DNA of 64,000 bases from Candidatus Saccharimonadales bacterium (GCA_035480635.1 DATIHN010000025.1:12384-76383); one strand, 5' to 3'. Positions 28,403-38,495 are shown, numbered from the stretch's first letter. Made by a program: numbers and translations. The notes: generated from the letters alone by a model not told the origin.

Positions 28403-28915
28403 GTGGCAGAACTTAGCGATAAGCAGCTAAAAACTCTAAAGAAACTAATCGAAACCGCCGAAACCAATCTGGCTGGCGCCAAGGAACTATTGGCTAGTCT
28501 AGTTGGTGATGAAAAAACGGCGGTTTCGCCAATTGTGCCTAGCGAATCAACCGCTGGTAAGGTCATTGAGGGCACTTTTGATGGTCAAAACATGCATGGT
28601 CCGGACGAGAAAGTTTATCCGGTGCCCGCCAATTACGCCTCTAAATCCAAGTTAGTCCAAGGCGACATTTTGAAATTAACTATTTCCGATGATGGCTCGT
28701 TTATTTATAAGCAAATCGGCCCAATCGAGCGGAAAAAAATTATAGGTACTCTGCAACTAAAGGACGGCCAATACACCGTCGAAGCCCAAGGCAAGCCCTA
28801 CCGTGTGCTGTTTGCTAGCGTCAGCTACTTCCGCGCCCAACCTGGCGATCAAGTCACAATCGTAGTACCCCAAGAGGGCGAAGCCGACTGGGCCGCCATC
28901 GAAGCCGCGTTGTAA
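28403..28915 (+). CDS. hypothetical protein
   Basis: 170 aa ORF, GTG start; no recognisable motif. Confidence 0.45.
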   Translation: MAELSDKQLKTLKKLIETAETNLAGAKELLASLVGDEKTAVSPIVPSESTAGKVIEGTFDGQNMHGPDEKVYPVPANYASKSKLVQGDILKLTISDDGSFIYKQIGPIERKKIIGTLQLKDGQYTVEAQGKPYRVLFASVSYFRAQPGDQVTIVVPQEGEADWAAIEAAL

Positions 28916-28990
28916 GTTCTTCTAATCTTTTTGCACGTTGACTATTTAATAAAACATAACTAGAATGACGTCTGCCCTAGGGCGTTTTTT

Positions 28991-30244
28991 ATGTCAAAGT
29001 ATCACCTAATTGCGATATTTTTAACGCTTTTCGACTTCCTAACATTGTCGGTTGCGTCATTAATTAATCCGACATGTATTGACGAGGAAACCGCGTTCAA
29101 TGATGACTTTACAATTCTGATTCCAATCTTTGGAGACCTCAGGTACTTAAAAAATATAAAATTCCTGCAGAACTATGGCAAAAGAGTACTGCTCTGCTCT
29201 ACAAATCAAGAGTCTAATGAGTTTAATCGTGAAATCAATCAAATTGCGAGGGACTTCGGTTTTAGAATACATCGATCTTCAATCCGTAAAACAAACGGCA
29301 GAGTCAAGCCAAACCCTTGGAAGCTATTTACAAAAACCCTTTCTAACTCCCGCATTACAACTGATGCCAGAGATGAAATAATTGCAAACAGCTTTGTTGT
29401 TGTAAAAACAAAATTTTGTATCTTCCTAGATGGTGACACGGAGTCAAACGATAGTTTGTATCGGCTAGTGGGATTGATGGACGAGAAAAACTACGACATT
29501 GCTTCAGTTCGAGTGCTTGTGGCTAAACCCACTACTCTAACAGAAAAACTTCAAGCTATAGAATATCAATTCGCCATGGACGCTCGTCGCGTATATCCGT
29601 GGCTCACCTCTGGAGCATGTATGGTCGCAAAAACGAAAGTTATCCGCGACATCATGCAACACCATTCACTTTTTTTTAGTGGTGGAGACATAGAAGTAGG
29701 GAAGCTGGCAAAATTATTACATTATAGGGTTGGTCATCTGGCCTTTGAGTTTTTCACTGATGCCCCGTCAACATTTGCTGCTTGGTTTAGACAGAGAATG
29801 GCTTGGGCTGGCGGGGGCTTCAGACACTCGATCATTAATGGATATAAATATACATGGCGCCATCCTTTTTATTTCCTGTACTTTACGGTCGTTGTCTACG
29901 GGTTAGTAGCAATCAGGTGGTATGATGCTATAAGGTTTTATAGGTTAATTCCCGCAGTCATTGTGGTGTATTGGATTTTATTGTTTGCCTTCAGATGGAA
30001 AAACCGATCTTGGTTATTTTTTTTATTTCCTTTCTATGCATTAACCCAAGTAATGCTAATCGTCCCGTTGGGCATTTATAGATACACGGTTATGGCCGTA
30101 CAATCGCGCAATATTGGAATAATCCGGCTGCGCGATAAACCTAGCCGAAAGCGAGCTAGAGTACGAAAGCAGCGTACCGGGATAACTGAGATGCCGAGGG
30201 GTAACCAATTTATACCTCAAAGTAGAGCTACACGTTTGGGTTAA
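28991..30244 (+). CDS. membrane-integrated family-2 glycosyltransferase, processive synthase type (D, DxD, QxxRW), in ~38% GC island
   Basis: FLDGDTESND (DxD), FRQRMAWAGGGF (Q-R-R-W-like), C-terminal 4+ TM helices; local GC 32-45% vs ~50% background. Confidence 0.7.
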   Translation: MSKYHLIAIFLTLFDFLTLSVASLINPTCIDEETAFNDDFTILIPIFGDLRYLKNIKFLQNYGKRVLLCSTNQESNEFNREINQIARDFGFRIHRSSIRKTNGRVKPNPWKLFTKTLSNSRITTDARDEIIANSFVVVKTKFCIFLDGDTESNDSLYRLVGLMDEKNYDIASVRVLVAKPTTLTEKLQAIEYQFAMDARRVYPWLTSGACMVAKTKVIRDIMQHHSLFFSGGDIEVGKLAKLLHYRVGHLAFEFFTDAPSTFAAWFRQRMAWAGGGFRHSIINGYKYTWRHPFYFLYFTVVVYGLVAIRWYDAIRFYRLIPAVIVVYWILLFAFRWKNRSWLFFLFPFYALTQVMLIVPLGIYRYTVMAVQSRNIGIIRLRDKPSRKRARVRKQRTGITEMPRGNQFIPQSRATRLG

Positions 30245-30366
30245 AATAGCTTGCGCTCAATAAACAGGCTGACTATAGCGAAAGTAACTTTTCCACCGCT
30301 TATCAACTGGGCAAAGCTTGGCGGGCAAGGGTATAATAGGAGCTAAGATAAGGGGAGAGGGTAGAC

Positions 30367-31848
30367 TTGTCCGAACTTGCACTCTATCGCAAGTATCGCT
30401 CCACCACTTTCGACGAGGTGGTTGGTCAGCCGCATGTAGTTATGACACTCAAGAGTGCTATTGCTGCTGGGCGGATTAGTCATGCCTATTTACTGACTGG
30501 GCAGCGCGGCGTCGGTAAAACCAGTGTAGCTAGGATCCTGGCCCGCAGCCTGAACTGTTTGAGCGATGGCGAAAAGCCCTGTAACACTTGTAATAACTGT
30601 ACGGCTGCCCTCAATGGTAACCTCGATATTATTGAAATCGATGCCGCCAGCAACCGCGGCATTGATGAAATCCGGGATTTAAAAGAAAAAATCAACCTGG
30701 CGCCGAGCCTAGGCCAATATAAGGTCTACATTATCGATGAGGTCCACATGTTAACCGATGCGGCTTTTAACGCCTTGCTCAAAACCCTGGAGGAGCCACC
30801 GGCCCATGCCGTCTTCATTATGGCCACTACCGAAGCCCATAAATTACCAGCTACGATTATATCCAGAACCCAACGCTTCAATTTGCACCAAATCGAAGTC
30901 GCCGACATCAACGCCCACATCACCATGGTCGCCACCCGCGAACAAATTGGGGTCACGCCAGAGGCTCTAGCCATGATCGCTTCCGCCAGTGGTGGCAGCA
31001 TCCGTGATGCTTTAAGTTTACTGGATCAAGTCTCAGCCCTGGGCGGCGAAGTCACCGCCGACGACGTTCGTCAACTCTTGGGTTGGGGTAACGACGAAGA
31101 AATCACCTGGCTCTACCAAGCCATTATCGATGGCCAAATGGCGGCCGTCTTAGGCCAGATCGATCAACTCTACGATAATGGGGCCCAACCCAGTCAGGTG
31201 ATTAACCAGCTCATTAGTGTGGTGCGGGCCGATCTCAGGCGCAAGCTCTCCGAAGGTCAACCAGCCGGCCAGCTCCTAGCCTTAATGGAAAGCCTGATTG
31301 CTGCCACCAAATCGGCTCTGCCCCAATACGCCTTAGAAACAGCCATTGCCCGCTATTCGCAAACCAGTCCACCCGCCGTCACCGAACCAATAGCTGCTCC
31401 CGCCAAGGCCGCCGCTGAACCTCTAGCTAGCCCCGCCGCTGCCGAACCTAAACCACCCAAGGCCATCGAACCGGAACCTCGGCCGACGCCTGAGGCTGCA
31501 GCACCGACCCCAAGCCCTAACCAAAATGACTTCGACGTGCGCTGGATGAAGGCCTTAGCTGAAGTTAAAGCTCACAATAACTCGCTCTACGCCTTACTGT
31601 GCTCCTGCGATACCAAACAAACCGAAACTGGCATTGAATTAATCTCGCGCTTTAGTTTCCACCGCGACCGCTTAATGGAGCCAAAAAATTTAGCCATTAT
31701 TGAAGCTGGCATCAAGCAGGCCTTTGGGCGCGAAATTCCCTTGGTCGCACACCTAGCTAATCAGGCGCCGCCGGCTAAATCAACTGAGTCTAGCGAGGAG
31801 CTAATTAGTTCGGCCCTGGAAATCTTGGGTGGTGAGGTGGTCGAATGA
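30367..31848 (+). CDS. dnaX: DNA polymerase III subunit gamma/tau
   Basis: GQRGVGKTS Walker A, zinc module CNTCNNC, IIDEVHML Walker B, SRTQRF sensor; TTG start after GGGGAGAGGG. Confidence 0.9.
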   Translation: MSELALYRKYRSTTFDEVVGQPHVVMTLKSAIAAGRISHAYLLTGQRGVGKTSVARILARSLNCLSDGEKPCNTCNNCTAALNGNLDIIEIDAASNRGIDEIRDLKEKINLAPSLGQYKVYIIDEVHMLTDAAFNALLKTLEEPPAHAVFIMATTEAHKLPATIISRTQRFNLHQIEVADINAHITMVATREQIGVTPEALAMIASASGGSIRDALSLLDQVSALGGEVTADDVRQLLGWGNDEEITWLYQAIIDGQMAAVLGQIDQLYDNGAQPSQVINQLISVVRADLRRKLSEGQPAGQLLALMESLIAATKSALPQYALETAIARYSQTSPPAVTEPIAAPAKAAAEPLASPAAAEPKPPKAIEPEPRPTPEAAAPTPSPNQNDFDVRWMKALAEVKAHNNSLYALLCSCDTKQTETGIELISRFSFHRDRLMEPKNLAIIEAGIKQAFGREIPLVAHLANQAPPAKSTESSEELISSALEILGGEVVE

Positions 31849-33248
31849 GTGCAGCTAAAAAAGCGCCGGCCATGGCTTCGATCAGCGAAATTGTGCGAGC
31901 CGAACGCAGCGGCAAAATCCCACCCCACAACATTGAGGCCGAAGCCAGCTTGATTGGTGCCATTTTAATTGATAAAGAAGCCATTATTAAAATTGCCGAC
32001 CTAGTCACCCCCGACGATTTTTATTCTGACAACAACGCTTTGATATTTACGGCCATTATGGATCTCTATGAAGCTCGGCAGCCGCTCGATCTCCTAACGC
32101 TCTCAAATAAGCTCGAAGGAGCCGGGGAGCTAGAGCGCGTTGGCGGCACTAGCTACCTAACTGATCTGATCAACACTGTGCCCTCGGCGGCTCATGTGGC
32201 TAATTACGCGGGCATTGTGGCTCATAAAGCCACGCTCAGGCGTTTGATTTCGGCCGCCAGCGAAATTACCGGCTTCGGCTACAAAGAAGATGAGCCGCTG
32301 GATGCCTTACTGGACCAGGCCGAGCAAAAACTGTTTGAAGTCTCGCAAAAACACTTAAAACAAAACTTCATCGGGATTGGTTCGGTGCTGGCCCAAAGTT
32401 TTGATCGCTTGGATGATTTACACAAAGATAAAAACAAACTGCGCGGTATTCCGACCGGCTTTCGGGCGCTAGACAACGTTTTGGCGGGCTTACAAAAATC
32501 CGATTTGATTGTGCTGGCGGCTCGACCCAGTATGGGCAAAACTTCGCTGGCCCTAAACATGGCTCAGCATGTGGCCGTCAAAGAAGGCGTGCCGGTGGGA
32601 TTGTTTTCGCTAGAGATGAGTAAAGAACAATTAATTGATCGCTTAATTGCCAGTGAATCCGGCATTGACGCCTGGAAGTTGCGGACCGGTAATCTTGAAG
32701 ACAGCGACTTTCCGAAGATCAATCACGCCATGGCAGTGCTCTCGGAGGCCCCAATCTTCATCGATGATTCGGCTATGACCAATGTTATGGAAATGCGCAC
32801 CAAAGCCCGCCGGCTTCAAAGTGAACATGATCTGGGTTTGATCGTAGTCGACTATCTGCAATTAGTCAGTGGGCGCTCTAACGCCTCCGGCGACAACCGT
32901 GTTCAAGAAGTCTCCGAAATCTCGCGCGGGCTCAAGGCTTTGGCTCGCGAACTTAACATTCCGGTTTTGGCTCTGTCGCAGCTTTCGAGAGTAGTTGAAA
33001 CTCGTAACCCCCAAATCCCGCAGCTGTCCGATTTGCGCGACTCCGGTTCAATCGAACAAGACGCCGATGTGGTGCTCTTCATCTACCGCGAGGATTACTA
33101 CAACCGCGATACCGAGCGCCTGGGTCTAGCCGACATCTTGATTCGTAAGCACCGCAATGGGCCGATCGGCCAGTTGGAGCTCTTCTGGCACCCCGAGCAG
33201 CTGGCCTTCCGTAGTCTCGACAAAGCCCGGACTCCGACCCCCAGCTAA
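31845..33248 (+). CDS. dnaB: replicative DNA helicase DnaB
   Basis: ARPSMGKTS Walker A, ...IVVDYLQL Walker B, SQLSR; start overlaps dnaX stop. Confidence 0.95.
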   Translation: MSAAKKAPAMASISEIVRAERSGKIPPHNIEAEASLIGAILIDKEAIIKIADLVTPDDFYSDNNALIFTAIMDLYEARQPLDLLTLSNKLEGAGELERVGGTSYLTDLINTVPSAAHVANYAGIVAHKATLRRLISAASEITGFGYKEDEPLDALLDQAEQKLFEVSQKHLKQNFIGIGSVLAQSFDRLDDLHKDKNKLRGIPTGFRALDNVLAGLQKSDLIVLAARPSMGKTSLALNMAQHVAVKEGVPVGLFSLEMSKEQLIDRLIASESGIDAWKLRTGNLEDSDFPKINHAMAVLSEAPIFIDDSAMTNVMEMRTKARRLQSEHDLGLIVVDYLQLVSGRSNASGDNRVQEVSEISRGLKALARELNIPVLALSQLSRVVETRNPQIPQLSDLRDSGSIEQDADVVLFIYREDYYNRDTERLGLADILIRKHRNGPIGQLELFWHPEQLAFRSLDKARTPTPS

Positions 33249-33318
33249 CCAGCGGAGTTTTGGTCGTTACGAGAGACTCTTTACAGCCTCATCCTATTTC
33301 AGTTATGCTTATTGCGTT

Positions 33319-33786
33319 ATGGCGACTGCTACAAGTACTGAGGTGAAGCGCATCGGCAAATTCGGTGCTGTCGGTATTATTAACACAATTATCGACTTTA
33401 CGATTTATAACGTTCTAACCTCTAAAGTCGGGCTGACCTTAATTCAAGCCAACTTTTTCTCGACGACTGTAGCCATGATCTTTAGTTTCTTTGCTAATAA
33501 AACGGTCGTTTTTCAAAGTCGCAAAGGGAACCCCATCCGGCAAGCCGTCATTTTCTTTATTGTGACGGCTTTTGGGCTCTATGTGCTGCAAAACTTAGTC
33601 ATTCACGCGCTGACAGTGACTTGGACCGGGCCAGTCGATTTGGCTACCCACATCGTCCACAGCCTGGGTTTGGGCGGAACCTTTAGTGATGCTTTCGTGA
33701 TAAAAAACAGCGCTAAAATCGCTGCCATCTTGGTTAGTATGATTTGGAACTACCTGGCCTACAAAAAATGGGTCTTTCCTCAGTGA
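33319..33786 (+). CDS. GtrA-family 4-TM protein (polyprenyl-phosphate-sugar handling/flippase-like)
   Basis: 155 aa, 4 TM, KFGAVGIINTIIDFTIYNVL...WNYLAYKKWVF typical GtrA; start ATG 33319 (ORF-track 33157 overlaps dnaB). Confidence 0.7.
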   Translation: MATATSTEVKRIGKFGAVGIINTIIDFTIYNVLTSKVGLTLIQANFFSTTVAMIFSFFANKTVVFQSRKGNPIRQAVIFFIVTAFGLYVLQNLVIHALTVTWTGPVDLATHIVHSLGLGGTFSDAFVIKNSAKIAAILVSMIWNYLAYKKWVFPQ

Positions 33787-35339
33787 AAAACGGCCGCCTG
33801 ACCAAATTTATTCAGACCCATCTCTACACCATTTTGCTAGTGGCCATCATTGCATTGGCCGCTTTTTTTCGCTTTTATCAGCTCAACCATCTGCCTCCGG
33901 GCTTACATCCGGACGAAGCCGCTAACGGCTTAGACATTTTTCGGATTCTAGAACACCACGACATCCGGCCGCTCTATAACACTAATGGACCAAGGGAATC
34001 GTTGTTCTTTTTCCTGCAAGCTATCTTTGTGGCCATTTTAGGTAATACCATACTGGCGCTCAGAATTGCCCCGGCTCTAATTGGGGTAGCGGCTGTCTTT
34101 ACGACTTATCTGTGGGCTAAGAGTTGGTTTGGGGCCCGTGTGGGGTTGCTAGCCGCCGTTATTATGGCCGTAAATCCCTGGGCCGTCACCATCACCCGCG
34201 ATGGCTTTAGGGCCTCCATGACGCCCTTATTTGTAAGCCTGGTAGCATATTTATACACCAGAGCCTTCCAGACGAAATCGAAGCGCTGGTTTATTGCGGC
34301 CGGTGCCACCATGGGCCTGGGCATGTATACTTATTTGTCATTTCGACTTTTCCCGGTGGCGCTAGCTGCCATCTGGCTGGCTCTGGAAATTTGGCGCCGC
34401 GACTTTATTAAACCCTTTCGTAAAAGCATCATCGCAAGCCTAATTGCCTTTGCGATATTGATGATTCCTATGGGGCTCTACGGCATCAAGCACCCAGGTG
34501 ATTTGGGCGCCAGAGCCTCTGGTACCAGCTTTTTAAACAAAGATCTAAACGGTGGCCACCCGGTCCAAACTCTAGCTTCCAATATCGCTAAAACCGCCCT
34601 GATGTTTAATGTTCATGGCGATGAAAATTATCGTCAGAACCTGGGCGGACAGCCACTGCTGAACATTTTTGTGGGTGTCATGTTTATTCTTGGCATATTG
34701 ATATGCCTGGTTCACTTCAACCGGCCGCGCTACTATGGATTAATCTTTATTTTTGGCGCTATGCTAGTGCCCGAGGTTCTGACCGCCGAAGGCATCCCAC
34801 ATGCTTTGCGCTCGATTGGGGCCTTGCCAGCCGCGGTGATTTTAGCGGCCTTAGGTATCGAATACATGTTGGAGCGTTGGTATGCCACCTTCCCGATCAA
34901 TGCGGCCGCCAGATATAGTGGGCTAGCCATCATCTTGGTTTTAATCGGCCTAACCATCTACCAAGGCTATACCCAATACTTTGTGGCTTGGGCTAATTCA
35001 CCCCAAACTTATGAGGCTTACAGCGAAGATTCAGTCGCGCTAGCTAAATACATGCTGGCCCATCCTTTTACCGGTGAACGCTACGCCGTGGTCGATGGCT
35101 ATTCCGATAAAACCGTCTATTACCTAACTCATAATCATTTGAGCTATACGCGCATCGATCCCAGCCAGATTGCCGGCTTGCCAGTCGATGGCCAGCCCAA
35201 ACAGTTTGTGATTGTTAGAAGCCAGTATGACGCTGCGATCAAACCTCTACGCGATCATTGGGCCGGCGGTAAGCTCAGCCCCGGGTATTCGACCTTCAAT
35301 GCCAGCGAAATCTACGATGTCTACGAGGTCACCAAATGA
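33783..35339 (+). CDS. GT-C fold glycosyltransferase (PMT/ArnT-like, family 39/83) multi-TM
   Basis: ~12 TM; HPDEAANG DE motif in first extracytoplasmic loop; GTG 33783 overlaps gtrA TGA (GTGA); upstream ATG 33744 alternative. Confidence 0.7.
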   Translation: MKNGRLTKFIQTHLYTILLVAIIALAAFFRFYQLNHLPPGLHPDEAANGLDIFRILEHHDIRPLYNTNGPRESLFFFLQAIFVAILGNTILALRIAPALIGVAAVFTTYLWAKSWFGARVGLLAAVIMAVNPWAVTITRDGFRASMTPLFVSLVAYLYTRAFQTKSKRWFIAAGATMGLGMYTYLSFRLFPVALAAIWLALEIWRRDFIKPFRKSIIASLIAFAILMIPMGLYGIKHPGDLGARASGTSFLNKDLNGGHPVQTLASNIAKTALMFNVHGDENYRQNLGGQPLLNIFVGVMFILGILICLVHFNRPRYYGLIFIFGAMLVPEVLTAEGIPHALRSIGALPAAVILAALGIEYMLERWYATFPINAAARYSGLAIILVLIGLTIYQGYTQYFVAWANSPQTYEAYSEDSVALAKYMLAHPFTGERYAVVDGYSDKTVYYLTHNHLSYTRIDPSQIAGLPVDGQPKQFVIVRSQYDAAIKPLRDHWAGGKLSPGYSTFNASEIYDVYEVTK

Positions 35340-37564
35340 GCGAGGTCCCAGACCTCAGCATTGTCATCCCAGCTTATAACGAGGGTGCCCAATTTGATGA
35401 TCGGATGAAGCTTCTAGCCGATTGGTTGCATAAGCACGACTACGGCCAGGTTGAAATTTTGATCATGATGCAAAACGATGACACCTCCGGGGACGTCGAA
35501 GAAGCCCAGGCCTTTACCAAACACCACCCCGGCTTTAGGGTGATAAATCTCGGTCAGCGGGCGGGCAAAGGTGGCGCTGTCAAGGCTGGGATGATGGCCG
35601 CTGGAGGCCGCTACCGTTTGTTTATGGATGCCGATTTAGCAACACCGCTGAAGCATTTGGATGATGTTAAGGCCTTAATGGATCGAGGAGCCAAAGTTGG
35701 TATTGCCATCCGCAATCTAGTTTCCACCCATAAGGGTTTGATGCGAAAACTGATTACAAGATCTGGTAACATCATGGCTCAAATCATTTTGCTACCCGGG
35801 ATTAAAGATACTCAATGCGGCTTTAAGGTTTTTGAAGCAAACGCCGCTGAGCAAATCTTTAGCCGCCAGACCTTGAGTGGCTGGGGCTTTGATTTGGAGA
35901 TTCTAGCCATCGCCAGAATGCTAGGCTATACCATCGAGACTTTCCCAGCCAACGACTGGAAGGACCCCAAGGCGGCCGGGCTGGTCGGCGATTCACCCAT
36001 CAAAGCGGCGATTCAAGTCTTCTTAGACCTTATCAACGTCCGCTGGGGATTGATGACCGGCCGCTACAAGCGACCGCAAACGAGCTTAACACACGCCAGT
36101 GTTCAAGAGCGCCTAGCCGAAACCTACGACCGCTTGGTACTAGCCGGTGCCATTTTGGTTGGGGCGCTATTGCGTTTTATTAACATTTCCAAAGCCAGCA
36201 TTTGGCATGATGAGGGCTATACCATGATGCTAGCACCCCAGTCTCCGGCCCAGATCATCGCGCGGACCGCTCGCGACGTCCACCCGCCCCTGTATTATCT
36301 GAGCTTGCATTATTGGATTAGGATATTTGGCGTAAGCGAACTTGGGGCTAGATCGCTCAGTGCCATCTTAATGCTAGCAGCCATCATAGTCGGCTTTCTA
36401 CTGGCTAGAGAACTCTTTGGTCATCGGGTGGCCCGCCTGAGTGCCGTCTTTTTGGCGCTAGGGCCTTTCTTAATCCGCTACGGTCAAGAGGCCAGGATGT
36501 ACGCCATGGCCGCGTTTCTAGCGGTGCTGGCAACTTATTTGTTAGTTAGAGCTCAAAGGACTAACCGCTGGTGGTTTTGGGCTAGTTATAGTTTGGCGAT
36601 TGCGGCCGGCCTCTACACTCATTATTACTTTATTTTCATTATCATTTTGCACTGGCTCTATATGATAGCCGTCCGGCAGCCCAGATGGGGGATCAAGCGA
36701 GTCGGCTGGTGGCTGGCCAACTGGGGCAGCGCCATGCTCTTTTTACCTTGGCTACCCAAAGCCTACGATCAGTTTAGTCGGGTTCAAGCAGCTTTTTGGA
36801 TTCCTAAAGCTAACTACCTCACGCTGCCCTCGACCATGGCCCAATTTTTAACTTTCACCGATTTGGGCCGAATCGCTGCCATATTGAGATTCTCGGGTTT
36901 TGTCTTGCTGATGGTCGCATCAATTATTTTAGCCCTCAAACGCAAATATTTTCCCAGTGGTGCCTTGATCGCCGGTCTAACTTTCTTGGGGCCACTGGCT
37001 GTCTTGATCGTCTCCCTGGGTAAGCGTCCGATTTACGTCGATCGCTATTTTGTTTTTGCCGCCGTCGGCTTCTACATTCTACTAGCTGCCATCTTGTATC
37101 TAGTGGCGCCCTTTGAACGTAGCCGGATGGCCCGTTGGGCGGCCATATTCGTCTTGCTCGTAACCTTTGGCATCGGCACCCATAACGTCTATGCTCAGGC
37201 CACCCACGCCATGGGGCAGGTCGGTGATTATGTTGACGCCAACTATTCGCCTGGAGATGCAATCGTCTCAGGTGAGCTCTATACCTACTTTGACTTTAGC
37301 TACTACAACCACACCGGATCCACCACCCTGTTGCTAGCACCTGGTGGCGTCACTGGCTACGGCGAGACTAGCTTGCTCTATGATCGGGCCGACAAAATAG
37401 TGGTGGCCAGCTTTAACCAAGTTCATCCGGCTTCAGGCTACGTTTGGGTGGTCGGTAAGCCTGGCCACAACGATGACTTCGCCGTGCCGGCCAGCTGGCG
37501 CTTACTTGATGATTTCCAGGCCGCCGATAGTGAAGTTCGACACTACCACACCAGCGGTTCTTAG
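35336..37564 (+). CDS. fusion protein: N-terminal GT2 polyprenyl-phosphate sugar synthase (DPM1/ArnC-like) + C-terminal GT-C (PMT/ArnT-like) membrane transferase
   Basis: LSIVIPAYNE, MDADLATP (DAD), then from ~aa 270 a second multi-TM domain with HDEGYT DE motif; single 742-aa ORF. Confidence 0.75.
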   Translation: MSEVPDLSIVIPAYNEGAQFDDRMKLLADWLHKHDYGQVEILIMMQNDDTSGDVEEAQAFTKHHPGFRVINLGQRAGKGGAVKAGMMAAGGRYRLFMDADLATPLKHLDDVKALMDRGAKVGIAIRNLVSTHKGLMRKLITRSGNIMAQIILLPGIKDTQCGFKVFEANAAEQIFSRQTLSGWGFDLEILAIARMLGYTIETFPANDWKDPKAAGLVGDSPIKAAIQVFLDLINVRWGLMTGRYKRPQTSLTHASVQERLAETYDRLVLAGAILVGALLRFINISKASIWHDEGYTMMLAPQSPAQIIARTARDVHPPLYYLSLHYWIRIFGVSELGARSLSAILMLAAIIVGFLLARELFGHRVARLSAVFLALGPFLIRYGQEARMYAMAAFLAVLATYLLVRAQRTNRWWFWASYSLAIAAGLYTHYYFIFIIILHWLYMIAVRQPRWGIKRVGWWLANWGSAMLFLPWLPKAYDQFSRVQAAFWIPKANYLTLPSTMAQFLTFTDLGRIAAILRFSGFVLLMVASIILALKRKYFPSGALIAGLTFLGPLAVLIVSLGKRPIYVDRYFVFAAVGFYILLAAILYLVAPFERSRMARWAAIFVLLVTFGIGTHNVYAQATHAMGQVGDYVDANYSPGDAIVSGELYTYFDFSYYNHTGSTTLLLAPGGVTGYGETSLLYDRADKIVVASFNQVHPASGYVWVVGKPGHNDDFAVPASWRLLDDFQAADSEVRHYHTSGS

Positions 37565-37607
37565 CGCCCGGATTATCTAGTACAATAGAGCTAACTAGGA
37601 GGACGCT

Positions 37608-37895
37608 ATGTTTGATCGCGCCAAAGCATTAATTGAGTTAAAAAAGATCCAATCAGCGCTGGCCAAAGAGATGATCGAAGTTGAGGCTGGCGATGGAGCC
37701 GTGATGGTTAAAATTAACGGCGAGCAAAAGATTCAAAAAATCTCTCTTGATCCGGATAAGATCGATTTTGATGACTTGGGCCGGTTAGAGAAATGGATTG
37801 AATCAGCCATTACCCAAGCTATCACCAAAAGCCAACAGGCGGCGGCCGATAAGATGAAGGCGATTTCGGGTGGACTGGGCATCCCCGGGCTCTAA
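37608..37895 (+). CDS. ybaB: nucleoid-associated protein YbaB/EbfC
   Basis: 95 aa, ...MIEVEAGDGAVMVKINGEQKIQKISLDP... typical. Confidence 0.85.
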   Translation: MFDRAKALIELKKIQSALAKEMIEVEAGDGAVMVKINGEQKIQKISLDPDKIDFDDLGRLEKWIESAITQAITKSQQAAADKMKAISGGLGIPGL

Positions 37896-38495
37896 ATGCG
37901 CCTGCTCCCCGAACCAGTTGAGAACCTCATCCATGAGCTATCGAAATTGCCGAGCATCGGGCCGCGCACAGCTGAGCGCCTGACCTTTTTCTTGCTCAAA
38001 GCCGATCCGGCTGAGGCCGCCGGTTTGGGCCAGGCTTTATTAGATCTCCATTCTGGGCTAACTCGCTGCGAGGTCTGTCGTAATCTTGCGACCAACCCGC
38101 GTTGTGATATTTGCAGTGATGGGAGCCGCGATCAAAATTTGCTAGCCGTAGTTGAGGAACCGCTGGATGTGGTGGCCCTCGAGCGAACTGGCCACTTCCG
38201 TGGTCTCTACCACGTTTTAGGTGGAGCTATTTCGCCAATCGATGGCATTGGCCCCGAACAATTAGAGGTTAAATCTCTACTCAAACGTTTGGATAGCGGC
38301 AGCATCAAGGAGCTGATTCTAGCTACCAATCCCAGCACCGAAGGTGAAGCCACGGCTTTGTTTATTCGCAGGCAACTAGGGCCGGCCAAAATTAAGGTCA
38401 CCAGGCTGGCTCGCGGGTTACCAATTGGGGGCGATCTGGAATACGCTGATCAGATCACGCTGGGCCGCGCTCTGGAAGGACGGCAGGCTTTTTAA
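37896..38495 (+). CDS. recR: recombination protein RecR
   Basis: HhH N-term, C4 zinc finger CEVCRNLATNPRCDIC, Toprim domain. Confidence 0.9.
   Translation: MRLLPEPVENLIHELSKLPSIGPRTAERLTFFLLKADPAEAAGLGQALLDLHSGLTRCEVCRNLATNPRCDICSDGSRDQNLLAVVEEPLDVVALERTGHFRGLYHVLGGAISPIDGIGPEQLEVKSLLKRLDSGSIKELILATNPSTEGEATALFIRRQLGPAKIKVTRLARGLPIGGDLEYADQITLGRALEGRQAF

Noticed and set aside
28921-28990. GCCCTAGGGC palindrome + T6 upstream of the low-GC GT2 gene as terminator
   Set aside because: As a hairpin it gives only a 4-bp stem with a 2-nt loop. That is too weak to call a terminator, though the T-run is real.
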